A DNA stretch of 64,000 nucleotides from an uncultured Clostridium sp. (GCA_946495905.1 CAMMEP010000001.1:9089-73088); one strand, 5' to 3'; shown: positions 28,399 through 39,243, numbered from the stretch's first letter. A program made the numbers and translations. The notes: a model not told the origin generated them from the letters alone.

Positions 28399-29067
28399 AT
28401 GGAAATATTGCGAGTAGAAAATTTAACGAAAGTTTATGGAAAAGGAGAATCCAAAGTTGTTGCAATTGATAATATTTCTTTTTCGGTACAAAAAGGAGAG
28501 TTTGTTGCCATTGTAGGAGCAAGTGGAAGTGGAAAATCTACTTTATTGCATTTAATTGGAGGAGTAGATAGACCAACAAGTGGCAAGGTATTTATTGATG
28601 GAAAAGATATTTATCAAATGAACGATGACAATTTAGCTATTTTTAGGAGACGACAAGTAGGATTAATTTACCAATTCTATAATTTAATACCAATTTTAAA
28701 TGTAGAAGAGAACATTACACTTCCTTGTGATTTGGATAATAGAAAAGTGGATAAACAAAAATTAGATGCACTTTTGCAATCTTTAGGATTAGAAGCACGT
28801 AGGAAACATTTGCCAAATGAATTATCTGGAGGGCAACAACAAAGGACATCGATTGGTAGAGCTATGATTACGAATCCAAGCATTATTCTTGCAGATGAAC
28901 CAACTGGTAATTTGGATTCAAAGGCAAGTGATGAGATTGTAAATTTATTAAAAAAATCGAATAAAGAATATAAGCAAACGATTATTATGATTACACATAA
29001 TATCGAGATTGCAAAAATTGCAGATAAGGTATTGAAAATTGAAGATGGAAGGATTGTAAAAAAATGA
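28399..29067 (+). CDS. ABC transporter ATP-binding protein (MacB/BceA-like)
   Basis: Walker A GASGSGKST, signature LSGGQQQR and Walker B ILADEPTGNLD. Confidence 0.85.
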   Translation: MEILRVENLTKVYGKGESKVVAIDNISFSVQKGEFVAIVGASGSGKSTLLHLIGGVDRPTSGKVFIDGKDIYQMNDDNLAIFRRRQVGLIYQFYNLIPILNVEENITLPCDLDNRKVDKQKLDALLQSLGLEARRKHLPNELSGGQQQRTSIGRAMITNPSIILADEPTGNLDSKASDEIVNLLKKSNKEYKQTIIMITHNIEIAKIADKVLKIEDGRIVKK

Positions 29068-31706
29068 TGAGTATTTTTACGAAGTTGACTTTGCGAAATT
29101 TAAAATTAAATAAAAAGAGAACGATTGGAACAATTATTGGGATAATGCTTTCGGTTTCTCTTATTTGTGCAGTGGCTGGAATGGCAACTAGTTTGCAGAA
29201 AAGTATGGTAGCTACAACAACGCTAGACACAGGATATTATCATCTAAAGCTTTCTAAAGTAATGCAAGAAGACGTAGAAAAGTTTAAAAATAATCGAGAT
29301 GTGAAAGATGTAAATGTAGTAAATGATGTTGGGTATTCGCTACTAGATGGTAGTACAAACAGCCAAAGACCTTATGTACATTTGTATTCCATGGATGAAG
29401 ATAGTTTTAATAACATGTGTCTTACCTTAGTGGAAGGAGAATATCCTAAAAATAGTAATGAAATCGCAATTAATGAGGATATATTAAAAAATTCTAGTAA
29501 AGAATATAAAATAGGAGATACCATAACTTTAAATTTAGGAGATCGATATGCAGGAGATGCGTATATTAATTCTGGATGGGATTATTTGCCATATGAGTAT
29601 GCCGCTTCTCCAAGTACTCTGGCAGATACAGAGGAAAATGAAAACGAGAATAATAATGGACTTGTGATAGATGAAAATCCCAGTGAACCACAAAGAATTA
29701 TTGAAGAAGAAATAAAAGTAGATTTTACAAAAGAATTTAAAATAGTAGGTATTGTATCCAACAATGATTCTCCTATTAGACGTATTTCATACATTACTGA
29801 TGCAGGATATGCGTGCATTACAAATGGTTTAAACGAAGGAGATAAAGATATTTATATTGCACTAAAGGACCCTAGCAATTCAGTAGAATCTATAAAAGAA
29901 ATGATTGGTATTGATTTAGCTTCTGATGAAATAAATGAAACAGACTATATTTATTCTATTAATTATGAGCTTCTACATTGGGAAGCATTTGAAGTAAGTG
30001 ATTCAACTGCTTCCATGATAGTGGCAGTAATTAGCGTGGCAATTGTCATTATTATGATAACAAGCATCTATTGTATTAAAAATGCGTTTTCTATTTCACT
30101 TACAGAAAAAATAAAAATGTATGGGATGCTATCTAGTGTAGGAGCAACCAAAAAACAGATTAAAAAGAGTGTAATACAAGAAGGTATGCTATTAAGTTTA
30201 ATTGGAATACCACTTGGGATTTTAGCAGGAATTCTTGCAGTCTATATCTTAACTATTGTTGTAGGCTATATCCTAGAAGGTATTGTAGAAGTAAAAATTG
30301 TGTTTAGTATTTCAGCCATTCCAATTATTGTATCCGTTATACTAGGATTGCTTACGGTATATCTATCTTGTTTATCAGCAGCGAAAAAAGCAAGAAAAAT
30401 AACTCCATTGGAAGCAATAAGAAGTACAAATGATATAAAAATTAATAGCAAAAAAATAAAGTCACCAAAAATAATAAAGAAACTATTTGGAATGGGTGGA
30501 GTAATAGCTTATAAAAATTTAAAAAGAAGCAAGAAAAAATATAGAACAACGGTTGTATCTATTGCAATAAGTGTATTTGTATTTATTGCAACTTCTACCT
30601 TGATAACGTATGCGTTTGAAGCGATGGGAGGATATTACGAAGAATATAATTATAATATAAAAGTAACATCCGGTACTAATGACGGAGAAGATCTTCTAGA
30701 AATAGTTCAAAATGAGAAGTTTGAAGATTATACCTTAATCTACAATGTGTCACATGAAAATGGATTTTCACTAATACAAATAGAAGATAAAAATATCTTA
30801 TCTGATTTTGCTTATCAAAGATTAGGAAGGGATGCAGATGAAACTTATAGGCCACAGATGACAGTTAAAGGCTTAAATAGTAAGGATTTTAAAGAATTCG
30901 TAGAAAAATTAAATTTGAATTATGAAGAAGTAAAAGATAAGGCAATACTAAATGATTATACAAATGTATATTTAGAAGACGGAACAACAATAAGAGGAAG
31001 AGTATATAATTACAAAAAAGGAGATACACTATCAGGCAATTTAGATGGTACAGATTATACCTTTACGATTGCAGAAATTACAGATGAAAAGCCAAGAGGA
31101 CAAGAAGGAACTTCGTATGGAAATGGTTGCATTATTATAAACAGAGATGAATACAAAGATAGTGTAAAATTTGTACCTACGGATTTAGCAATAAATATTG
31201 ACAATCCAACAGAAGTAGAAGAAAATCTAACTACTACATATCGTGATTCTTATGTTTCTAACATTGACAAACAAGTGAAATTTTATGAAGCAGTACGACT
31301 TTTAACTTCCATTTTTGCTTATGGTTTTATTGCTGTAATTACACTAATTGGAGTGACAAATATTTTCAATACATTAACCTCTAACATCGAATTAAGGCAA
31401 AAAGAATTTGCTATGCTAAAAAGTATAGGAATGACGAAAAAAGAATTTAATCGAATGGTAAATTTAGAAACGATATTCTATTCGTTTAAAGCATTGCTAT
31501 ATGGCATTGTTTTAGGATTAATTGCTTCCTTTGCTATTTACAAAGCATTTGCTAAGAGTTTAGATTATGGATTTATATGGCCGCTTCATGCGATACTAAT
31601 TTCTGTTGTATTTGTATTTATTATTGTGTTTATCATCATGCGATTTGCCATAAGCAAAGTAAATAAGCAAAATATTATTGAGACAATAAGAAAGGAAAAT
31701 GTGTAG
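29064..31706 (+). CDS. ABC transporter permease with two FtsX domains and large extracytoplasmic regions
   Basis: 880 aa. FtsX-type TM bundles at ~300-450 and at the C-terminus. ATGA overlap with the ATPase gene. Confidence 0.8.
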   Translation: MMSIFTKLTLRNLKLNKKRTIGTIIGIMLSVSLICAVAGMATSLQKSMVATTTLDTGYYHLKLSKVMQEDVEKFKNNRDVKDVNVVNDVGYSLLDGSTNSQRPYVHLYSMDEDSFNNMCLTLVEGEYPKNSNEIAINEDILKNSSKEYKIGDTITLNLGDRYAGDAYINSGWDYLPYEYAASPSTLADTEENENENNNGLVIDENPSEPQRIIEEEIKVDFTKEFKIVGIVSNNDSPIRRISYITDAGYACITNGLNEGDKDIYIALKDPSNSVESIKEMIGIDLASDEINETDYIYSINYELLHWEAFEVSDSTASMIVAVISVAIVIIMITSIYCIKNAFSISLTEKIKMYGMLSSVGATKKQIKKSVIQEGMLLSLIGIPLGILAGILAVYILTIVVGYILEGIVEVKIVFSISAIPIIVSVILGLLTVYLSCLSAAKKARKITPLEAIRSTNDIKINSKKIKSPKIIKKLFGMGGVIAYKNLKRSKKKYRTTVVSIAISVFVFIATSTLITYAFEAMGGYYEEYNYNIKVTSGTNDGEDLLEIVQNEKFEDYTLIYNVSHENGFSLIQIEDKNILSDFAYQRLGRDADETYRPQMTVKGLNSKDFKEFVEKLNLNYEEVKDKAILNDYTNVYLEDGTTIRGRVYNYKKGDTLSGNLDGTDYTFTIAEITDEKPRGQEGTSYGNGCIIINRDEYKDSVKFVPTDLAINIDNPTEVEENLTTTYRDSYVSNIDKQVKFYEAVRLLTSIFAYGFIAVITLIGVTNIFNTLTSNIELRQKEFAMLKSIGMTKKEFNRMVNLETIFYSFKALLYGIVLGLIASFAIYKAFAKSLDYGFIWPLHAILISVVFVFIIVFIIMRFAISKVNKQNIIETIRKENV

Positions 31707-31754
31707 CGGTAACAAATCTCGTTACTAAATAATGGTATTATTAAATTTTATTTA

Positions 31755-31946
31755 TGCAATCCAACTAGTATGTATGTTTCTCAAATTTTTTTGTCGCTTG
31801 TTGTCGAAACCATCTAACCACAATTTCAGGAAATAAATTTCTGAAATTGTGCTAGGTTTCTTCAATCGCACTCGCCTTTGAAAAGGCTCGTTTGGTCGCT
31901 ACGCGCTCCTAAAAATTCTCTAAACATACATACTAGTTGGATTGTA
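31755..31946. repeat. structured palindromic repeat, family 1, copy 2
   Basis: CAATCCAACTAGTATGTATGTTT ... AAACATACATACTAGTTGGATTG. The core is ~90% identical to copy 1. Stem differences are compensated. Confidence 0.7.
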
Positions 31947-32077
31947 AGACGAAAAGAAATCAAAACTATTATCTAGTAACCAAATCTCTGACGATTTTTA
32001 GAAAAATAGTGATAATGCCTAACAAATGTGGTATTATATAACTAAAAGTTCTTTTATGCTTATTGGAGGGAAATACA

Positions 32078-32731
32078 ATGCAAATCCTATTAGTAGAAGA
32101 TAATAAAGCTATAACAAAAGCGTTAACATATAATTTAGAGCAAAACAAATACAAAGTGCTAAGTGCAGAAAATATAGCAAATGCACAGAAAATGTTGGAA
32201 AAAGAAAAAATTGATTTAGTCATACTGGATGTTACACTTCCCGATGGAAATGGTTTTGATTTATACCAAACGATTAAAGAAAAATACAGCATAAGCACAA
32301 TTTTTCTAACAGCTAAGGACGATGAAAATGACATTGTAAAAGGCTTGGAATTAGGAGCAGAAGATTATGTGACAAAACCGTTTTCTACAAGAGAACTATT
32401 AGCAAGGATTAATAAAATTCTGTTAAGAAATAAAAAGAAAAATATTGTAAAAATAAAAGATATTACCTGTGACCTAGATAAAATGTGCATTTACAAAAAT
32501 AGTGAAGAACTAAATTTTTCTTCCTTGGAATTAAAAATACTAATGCTATTATTTACAAACTTAAATAAAGTAATAACAAGAGAATATATTATTGAAAAAA
32601 TATGGGATTGGACAGGTAACGATGTATATGATAATACGGTAACGGTATATATGAAGAGAATAAGAGAAAAACTTGGAACATCCATTATTACAACAGTAAA
32701 AGGAGTGGGATATCGAATTGATGAAGAATAA
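32078..32731 (+). CDS. OmpR-family response regulator
   Basis: Receiver domain (LLVEDNKA...DLVILDVTLPDGNG) plus a winged-helix output domain. Confidence 0.9.
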   Translation: MQILLVEDNKAITKALTYNLEQNKYKVLSAENIANAQKMLEKEKIDLVILDVTLPDGNGFDLYQTIKEKYSISTIFLTAKDDENDIVKGLELGAEDYVTKPFSTRELLARINKILLRNKKKNIVKIKDITCDLDKMCIYKNSEELNFSSLELKILMLLFTNLNKVITREYIIEKIWDWTGNDVYDNTVTVYMKRIREKLGTSIITTVKGVGYRIDEE

Positions 32732-33998
32732 AGAAAGCCTAAAAAGATATTTAATTATATTTTCTCTTATTTTTCTTGTTTTTGCTATTCTTTTTTTCGT
32801 CATGAATTGGCTACAATATAATCAATACACACAAAATGTAAATCTGGTAATAAATCAAATGGTAGCAGAGATAAAGAAACAGTATCCCGATGTAGATATT
32901 AATGAAATTATAAGTATACTAAATAATGACAATGGAGATACTAGTAATTTACTGGAAGAGTATGGAATCAATATACAAAAAGATTCTGCCATTATGCAAA
33001 ACAGCACGGATTATAATGTATTTGCTCTTATCTCTATTGGAATTCTACTTCTGCTATTCATTACAGTTTTTGTGATTTTTATTCTCTATCAAAAAAGTCA
33101 GAATAAAAAGATAAAAGAGATAACAAAATATATTGAAGAAATAAATAACAAAAATTATATGTTAGACATTGGGGAAAATAGCGAAGATGAATTATCAATA
33201 TTAAAAAATGAGTTATATAAAATAACAATAATGCTAAAAGAACAAGCAGAGAATTCGAAAAAGGACAAAATAAGTTTAAAAAAATCATTAGAAGATATAT
33301 CCCATCAATTAAAAACACCTCTTACCTCCATTACTATAATGCTTGACAACATATTGGACAATCCTAATATGGATGTAAATACAAGAAATGAATTTATGAA
33401 AGATATTTACCGAGAAATAGCAAATATAAACTTTTTTGTGCAATCTTTGTTAAAGTTATCTAAGTTTGACGCTGATACGATTGTGTTTAATGATAAAGAA
33501 GAAAAATTAAAAGATATTGTAGAAGAAGCGGTTAAAAATGTTTCTATGCTATGTGATCTGAAAAATATTGAGATAAAAAGTGGGGAGGAAAAAGAATTAG
33601 AGAATACTAAGAATCACAGTAATAATTTAGAAAAAGTAGAAAAAAAGGCAGAACAGAACCAAATAGTGGTTTGCGATTTAAAATGGCAGATAGAAGCGGT
33701 TACGAATATTTTAAAAAATAGTGTGGAACATTCCAAAGAAAATAGTAAAGTATATATTTCATATAATGAAAATAACATGTATTCGGAAATTGTAATAAAA
33801 GATGAAGGAATAGGAATTGATAAAGAGGATTTAAAACATATATTTGAAAGATTCTATAAAGGAAAGAATGCAAGTAAGGACAGTGTAGGAATTGGACTAG
33901 CTCTTGCGAAAACTATTATTGAGAAAGATAATGGATATATCATAGTAGAATCGGAATTGGGAAAAGGGACAACATTTTACATTCGATATTTAAAATAA
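32718..33998 (+). CDS. sensor histidine kinase
   Basis: Two N-terminal TM segments, H-box SHQLKTPLTSI and HATPase_c G-boxes (DEGIGIDKEDLKHIFERFYKG, GIGLALAK). Confidence 0.85.
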   Translation: MMKNKESLKRYLIIFSLIFLVFAILFFVMNWLQYNQYTQNVNLVINQMVAEIKKQYPDVDINEIISILNNDNGDTSNLLEEYGINIQKDSAIMQNSTDYNVFALISIGILLLLFITVFVIFILYQKSQNKKIKEITKYIEEINNKNYMLDIGENSEDELSILKNELYKITIMLKEQAENSKKDKISLKKSLEDISHQLKTPLTSITIMLDNILDNPNMDVNTRNEFMKDIYREIANINFFVQSLLKLSKFDADTIVFNDKEEKLKDIVEEAVKNVSMLCDLKNIEIKSGEEKELENTKNHSNNLEKVEKKAEQNQIVVCDLKWQIEAVTNILKNSVEHSKENSKVYISYNENNMYSEIVIKDEGIGIDKEDLKHIFERFYKGKNASKDSVGIGLALAKTIIEKDNGYIIVESELGKGTTFYIRYLK

Positions 33999-34099
33999 TA
34001 TTTATTTTTTTCTTTTTTTATGATAGACTATGTATGAAATAAAAAAGAAAGACAAAAAATATAGAAGAAAGAGAAATGTAGTAGGAGGAAATTAGAGTA

Positions 34100-35263
34100 A
34101 TGATTGATAAAAATATTTCTGAAGAGATTATACACATTGGGGCAAGTGATAAGAACTTAAAATTATTTGAAGGTCAATATGTTTTAAAAAATGGAATGAG
34201 CTATAATTCTTATATTATAAAAGATGAAAAAATTGCCATTCTAGATACCAGTGATGCGGGAGTAACAGAGGAATGGCTAAGCAATTTAGAAGAAGTGCTA
34301 GATGGAAATAAACCAGATTATTTAATTGTCTCCCATATGGAACCAGATCATGCATATAATATAGGCTTGTTAGCCAAAAAATATCCAGAAATGAAAATTG
34401 TTGGAAATAGTTTTACTTTTAATATTTTAGCTAATTTTTTCCCTATGGATATAACAGAAAGAAAAGTTATGGTAAAAGAAGGAGATATTCTTGATTTAGG
34501 TAAGCATAAACTACAATTTTTTATGGCACCTATGGTACATTGGCCAGAAGTAATGGTAACCTATGAGCAGACAGAAAAAATATTGTTTTCAGCAGATGCC
34601 TTTGGAAAATTTGGTTCATTAGATGCAGAGGAAGAATGGCTACCAGAAGCCAGAAGATACTATATTGGAATCGTTGGAAAATACGGAATGCAAGTACAAG
34701 CCTTATTAAATAAAGCAGCAACCTTAGATATTAAAATGATATGTCCATTACATGGTCCAATCTTAAAAGAAAATCTAGGATATTATATAGATAAATATAA
34801 AACATGGAGCAGTTACGAGCCAGAGGAAGAAGGAGTATTTATTGCTTGTAGCTCTATTTATGGTAATACTTTAAAGGCAGCAGAAAATATGGCAGAAATA
34901 CTAAAAAAACAAGGAGAAAAGAACGTAATACTAACAGACCTTACAAGAAACGATTGGGCAGAAGCTGTTGCCAATGCTTTTAAATATTCTAAATTAATTA
35001 TTGCAGCATCTAGTTATAATGCAGGATTATTTCCACCAATGGAGCATTTTCTAGGTCGTTTAAAAGAAAGAAATTATCAAAAAAGAACAGTAGGTATTAT
35101 TGAGAACGGTTCGTGGGCACCATCGGCAGGTAAATGTATGAAAAATATATTAAGTGATATGAAAGAAATAAAAATAGTAGAACCAATGGTTACCATAAAG
35201 TCTAGTATAAAAGAGGAAAATATAGTAGAGATGGAAAAATTAGCAAAAGAAATATTAAAATAG
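34100..35263 (+). CDS. flavodiiron protein (metallo-beta-lactamase-like plus flavodoxin domains; O2/NO reductase family)
   Basis: Di-iron site motif SHMEPDHAYN in an MBL fold, followed by a flavodoxin-like domain. 387 aa. Confidence 0.8.
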   Translation: MIDKNISEEIIHIGASDKNLKLFEGQYVLKNGMSYNSYIIKDEKIAILDTSDAGVTEEWLSNLEEVLDGNKPDYLIVSHMEPDHAYNIGLLAKKYPEMKIVGNSFTFNILANFFPMDITERKVMVKEGDILDLGKHKLQFFMAPMVHWPEVMVTYEQTEKILFSADAFGKFGSLDAEEEWLPEARRYYIGIVGKYGMQVQALLNKAATLDIKMICPLHGPILKENLGYYIDKYKTWSSYEPEEEGVFIACSSIYGNTLKAAENMAEILKKQGEKNVILTDLTRNDWAEAVANAFKYSKLIIAASSYNAGLFPPMEHFLGRLKERNYQKRTVGIIENGSWAPSAGKCMKNILSDMKEIKIVEPMVTIKSSIKEENIVEMEKLAKEILK

Positions 35264-35300
35264 GACTTAAATTGTCACAATTCACTGTTACCTTAATATC

Positions 35301-35450
35301 AAGAAGAAGTATATATTTTTTCTTTTTATTTCCGGCCCCCAACATCGTACAAACTGTAAATGCTCAATTTCATTTCGCTTAACAGTTTGTAAACTTGTCG
35401 GTCCCCACCTTAAGCACTCCAATAAAAAGAAAAAATATATACTTCTTCTT
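35301..35450. repeat. structured palindromic repeat, family 2, copy A (30-bp perfect terminal inverted repeats around a conserved core)
   Basis: AAGAAGAAGTATATATTTTTTCTTTTTATT ... AATAAAAAGAAAAAATATATACTTCTTCTT. Core: TCCGGCCCCCAACATCGTACAAACTGT...ACAGTTTGTAAACTTGTCGGTCCCCACCTTAAGCACTCC. Confidence 0.7.
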
Positions 35451-35599
35451 AAAAAATAGTCTGTGAATTTTACCATTTCAAATTCCATAAAATGTAAAAT
35501 TCAAAATGGTAAAATCTTGAAACTTACTAAAAAATGTGGTATAATATAATTTGTAACTCGTAGAAAAATGCATCGTCCAATTGGACAAAGGAGGACAAA

Positions 35600-35926
35600 A
35601 TGAGCAGTTATTGTAATTACTATTTTAGAGCAGAAGGAGTTTTACGTTCAATGCATATGAGTCAGCAATTGCCTGGCTTTGAGTATTTGAAAATGGCAGC
35701 AGCTATCTCGAAAGAAACTGGTATAACAGATACTAATCTTTTAATCGCAAGAATAGAAAAGGAGGTTATGCAGATTTCGTCTCGAGAAGTTGCTGAAAAA
35801 GAAAAAATACGAGAAGGACGCGGGATGGTTGAACAATCAATGATTGAAGCAATCAGAAGCGTAAGTTCTACGGATCGTAAAATTTCTTTATCAGATTTTA
35901 TAGATTTGATAGTAACTGCTATGTAA
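35600..35926 (+). CDS. hypothetical small protein
   Basis: Strong RBS AAAGGAGGA and an extended -10 promoter TGGTATAAT upstream. No recognised family. Confidence 0.45.
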   Translation: MSSYCNYYFRAEGVLRSMHMSQQLPGFEYLKMAAAISKETGITDTNLLIARIEKEVMQISSREVAEKEKIREGRGMVEQSMIEAIRSVSSTDRKISLSDFIDLIVTAM

Positions 35927-36053
35927 AAAATCTGGGAGGTAATAGTTTGACTCCTAGTTTTTTTAATAAATTTCAAGAAATATTTGTAAAATATTGCATA
36001 TAATTAACATAATATGATATACTGTTAAGCAAAATACAATTAAGGGGTAAAAA

Positions 36054-36965
36054 ATGCAAAAAATAGATTTACATATACATACAACAATGTCAGATGGAAG
36101 TTTAGCACCGAAAGAGATAGTAGATGAAGCTTATAAAAATGGTGTATCCGTTATTGCAATTGCAGATCATGATACAATAGATGCCTATACGGATGATTTA
36201 TTTTCTTATGCAAATAGTAAAAATATAAGGATTATTCCAGCAGTAGAAATATCTACAAAAACTGAAAAAGCAGGTATTCATGTATTAGGATATAATTTTA
36301 ATTTAAAAAATCAGCCTTTTAGAGAAAAATTGAGCAAAATAAGAAATGCTAGACATGACTATCTACACAATGTTTCTAAAAAAATAAACCAATTAGGTTA
36401 CTTTATAAATGTAGAACAATTGGATAGGATAGATGCTGTTACTAAAGCTCATATTGCTTTAGATGTTGTGAATAATGAAAAAAATAAAGAAATTCTCCTA
36501 CAAAATTTTGGCCACATTCCAAGCAAGGGAGAATTTATAGAAACAATAATGAATGAAAATTGTCCTGCGTATGTAAAAAAAGAAACAGTAACTCCGAAAG
36601 AAGCAGCAGAAATGATAAGAAAAGCAAATGGAAAAGTGGTTTTAGCACATCCTGTTGCATATGTTCATGAAGATAATTTTACAGATGAAGATATTTTAAA
36701 TATAATTAATGAAATGAAACCAGATGGACTAGAGGCAAATTATTTATATATAGATAGAAATAACAATATCTTTGATGAAACAGAAAAATGGAATAAATTT
36801 GCTAAAGAAAACAATTTATTTGTAACAGTTGGTTCAGATTTCCATAATAAAGATGGTATTAGACCAGAAATTGGTTTTGCAAATACAAATTTCGTTTTAG
36901 AAGATAATGTTGTAGATGAAATTATTAAAAATTTAAAATTCAGAGGAGATTTTGCAAATGTTTAA
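36054..36965 (+). CDS. PHP domain phosphoesterase
   Basis: [13 protein letters not shown]...IADHDT is the PHP domain metal-binding signature. Confidence 0.75.
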   Translation: MQKIDLHIHTTMSDGSLAPKEIVDEAYKNGVSVIAIADHDTIDAYTDDLFSYANSKNIRIIPAVEISTKTEKAGIHVLGYNFNLKNQPFREKLSKIRNARHDYLHNVSKKINQLGYFINVEQLDRIDAVTKAHIALDVVNNEKNKEILLQNFGHIPSKGEFIETIMNENCPAYVKKETVTPKEAAEMIRKANGKVVLAHPVAYVHEDNFTDEDILNIINEMKPDGLEANYLYIDRNNNIFDETEKWNKFAKENNLFVTVGSDFHNKDGIRPEIGFANTNFVLEDNVVDEIIKNLKFRGDFANV

Positions 36966-38913
36966 ATTACATTCAGAATATAAGCCAACAGGTGACCAAC
37001 CTAAGGCAATAGAATATTTATCAAATGGCATAAAAGAGGGCAAGAAATTCCAGACCTTACTTGGTGTTACAGGTTCTGGAAAAACTTTTACTATGGCAAA
37101 TATAATTCAGCAAGTTCAGAAACCAACATTGGTTTTAGCACATAACAAGACATTAGCAGGACAGCTATATAGTGAATTCAAAGAATTCTTCCCAGAGAAC
37201 AACGTGGAATACTTTGTAAGTTATTATGATTATTATCAACCAGAAGCATATATTGCATCATCAGATACATATATAGAAAAAGATGCTTCTATAAACGACG
37301 AAATAGACAAGCTACGCCATTCTGCAACAGCAGCATTGTTTGAAACAAGAGATGTAATTATCGTTGCATCTGTATCGTGTATTTATGGATTAGGTGACCC
37401 AATAGATTACGAACATATGATTGTTTCATTAAGACCAGGAATGCAAAAGGAAAGAAACGAGATAATGAAAAAATTGGTTACAATGCAATATAGTAGAAAT
37501 GAACTAGATTTCAAAAGAGGTACATTTAGAGCAAAAGGTGATATATTAGAGATATATCCATCAGATGAAAGTGAAAGTGCTATAAGAGTGGAGTTTTGGG
37601 GAGATGAAATAGAAAAAATCTCAGAAATAAACCCACTTACTGGAAAAGTGATTGCAACTAGAAATCATGTTATGATAGTTCCAAATTCACACTATGTTAC
37701 AACTCAAGATAAAATGGAAAGAGCAATAGGCACAATAGAAGAAGAATTACAAGAAAGAATAAAATATTTTAAAGATAATGGAAAATTAATTGAAGCACAA
37801 AGAATAGAAGAAAGAACAAACTTTGATATTGAAATGATGAAAGAAACAGGTTTTTGTCAAGGTATAGAGAACTATTCAAGACATATTAGTGGAAGAGAAC
37901 CAGGCAGTAGCCCTTTTACACTTTTTGATTATTTTCCAAAGGACTTTTTATTACTTATTGATGAATCACATGCTACTATTCCACAAGTAAGGGCAATGTA
38001 TAATGGAGATAGAGCAAGGAAAGAATCATTAGTTAAGTATGGCTTTAGACTTCCATCGGCTTTTGATAATAGACCACTTAAATTTAACGAATTTGAAGAA
38101 AGAATTAATCAGGTTATATTTGTTAGTGCGACACCAGCTGAATATGAAAAAGAGCATTCAAAAGAAAATGTAGTAGAACAAATTATTCGTCCAACAGGAT
38201 TGCTAGATCCAAAAATTGAAGTTAAACCTGTTGAAAACCAAATAGACGATTTAATAGAACAAATACGAGAAAGAGTAGAAAAGAAGGAAAGAGTTTTAGT
38301 AACAACTCTTACGAAAAAAATGGCTGAAGATTTGACTGCATATCTTGCTGGTATAGATATAAAAGTAAGATATATGCACTCTGATATAAAAGCATTAGAA
38401 AGAATGGAAATAATTCGTTCTTTAAGACTTGGAGAGTTTGATGTACTAGTAGGAATAAATCTTTTAAGAGAAGGTTTAGATATTCCAGAAGTTTCATTGG
38501 TAGCAATATTAGATGCCGACAAAGAAGGATTTTTACGTTCCGAGCGTTCTTTAATACAAACAATTGGACGTGCTGCTAGAAATACAGATGGAAAAGTTAT
38601 TATGTATGCAGATGAGTTAACAGAATCTATGGAAAAGGCAATATCAGAAACTAACAGAAGGAGAAGAATACAACAAGAGTATAACGAGGAACATGGTATC
38701 ACACCAAAAACTATTCAAAAATCTGTTAGAGATTCTATTAAAGCAAGTATTATAGAAGAAGCGGAGAGTAAATATAATATTGGCAAAGACGAAAGTATAC
38801 AAGATGTAATAAATAAATTAACAGATGAAATGCTTAAATATGCAGCAGCAATGGAATTTGAAAAAGCGGCAGAGTTGAGAGACAAAATAAAAGAATTAGA
38901 GAATGGGTTGTAA
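36958..38913 (+). CDS. uvrB: excinuclease ABC subunit B
   Basis: [23 protein letters not shown], helicase motifs and the C-terminal UVR domain ([20 protein letters not shown]). Confidence 0.95.
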   Translation: MFKLHSEYKPTGDQPKAIEYLSNGIKEGKKFQTLLGVTGSGKTFTMANIIQQVQKPTLVLAHNKTLAGQLYSEFKEFFPENNVEYFVSYYDYYQPEAYIASSDTYIEKDASINDEIDKLRHSATAALFETRDVIIVASVSCIYGLGDPIDYEHMIVSLRPGMQKERNEIMKKLVTMQYSRNELDFKRGTFRAKGDILEIYPSDESESAIRVEFWGDEIEKISEINPLTGKVIATRNHVMIVPNSHYVTTQDKMERAIGTIEEELQERIKYFKDNGKLIEAQRIEERTNFDIEMMKETGFCQGIENYSRHISGREPGSSPFTLFDYFPKDFLLLIDESHATIPQVRAMYNGDRARKESLVKYGFRLPSAFDNRPLKFNEFEERINQVIFVSATPAEYEKEHSKENVVEQIIRPTGLLDPKIEVKPVENQIDDLIEQIRERVEKKERVLVTTLTKKMAEDLTAYLAGIDIKVRYMHSDIKALERMEIIRSLRLGEFDVLVGINLLREGLDIPEVSLVAILDADKEGFLRSERSLIQTIGRAARNTDGKVIMYADELTESMEKAISETNRRRRIQQEYNEEHGITPKTIQKSVRDSIKASIIEEAESKYNIGKDESIQDVINKLTDEMLKYAAAMEFEKAAELRDKIKELENGL

Positions 38914-39024
38914 ATTTAAGAATAACAATTGAAAAAATGAGCAAAATATAGTAAAATAAAAATGTAGTTTATTTAGGCAGATATTTACAGATATAATATT
39001 TTTTCTAGAAAGGTGGAATAAAAA

Positions 39025-39186
39025 ATGGGAATACTTGATATGAATGATACTTTTACAAATAAAATAAATAACAATTTTGAAGCTGCAAATGTAGACCAAT
39101 ATATTAATGGAGTAAAAGAACATGAACAACCATTAGTTGTGTTTGCAAATGAAGGAAAAAATGTAATATACAGAGAACAATTATAG
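39025..39186 (+). CDS. small hypothetical ORF (53 aa) inside the uvrB-uvrA insertion
   Basis: RBS AAAGGTGGAATAAAAAATG and a terminator immediately downstream. Not in the supplied ORF track because it is under 60 aa. Confidence 0.3.
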   Translation: MGILDMNDTFTNKINNNFEAANVDQYINGVKEHEQPLVVFANEGKNVIYREQL

Positions 39187-39208
39187 AATTATTATTCTAA
39201 AAAAGTTT

Positions 39209-39236
39209 CCCCGTTCGAAAACGAACGGGGATTTTG
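39209..39236. terminator. GC-rich hairpin terminator CCCCGTTCG-AAAA-CGAACGGGG plus ATTTTG, probably bidirectional
   Basis: Seen directly. It lies between convergent ORFs. Confidence 0.6.
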
Positions 39237-39243
39237 CCATTAA

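Noticed and set aside
35301-35450. Family-2 core GGAGTGCTTAAGG compared with the HrcA CIRCE element (TTAGCACTC-N9-GAGTGCTAA)
   Set aside because: Only one half-site-like match is present, with no correctly spaced partner and no chaperone genes nearby.
39209-39230. Hairpin CCCCGTTCGAAAACGAACGGGG considered as a LexA/SOS box (GAAC-N4-GTTC) for the uvr genes
   Set aside because: The half-sites are in the wrong relative order (GTTC...GAAC) and the spacing is wrong. It is followed by a T-tract and is better explained as a terminator.
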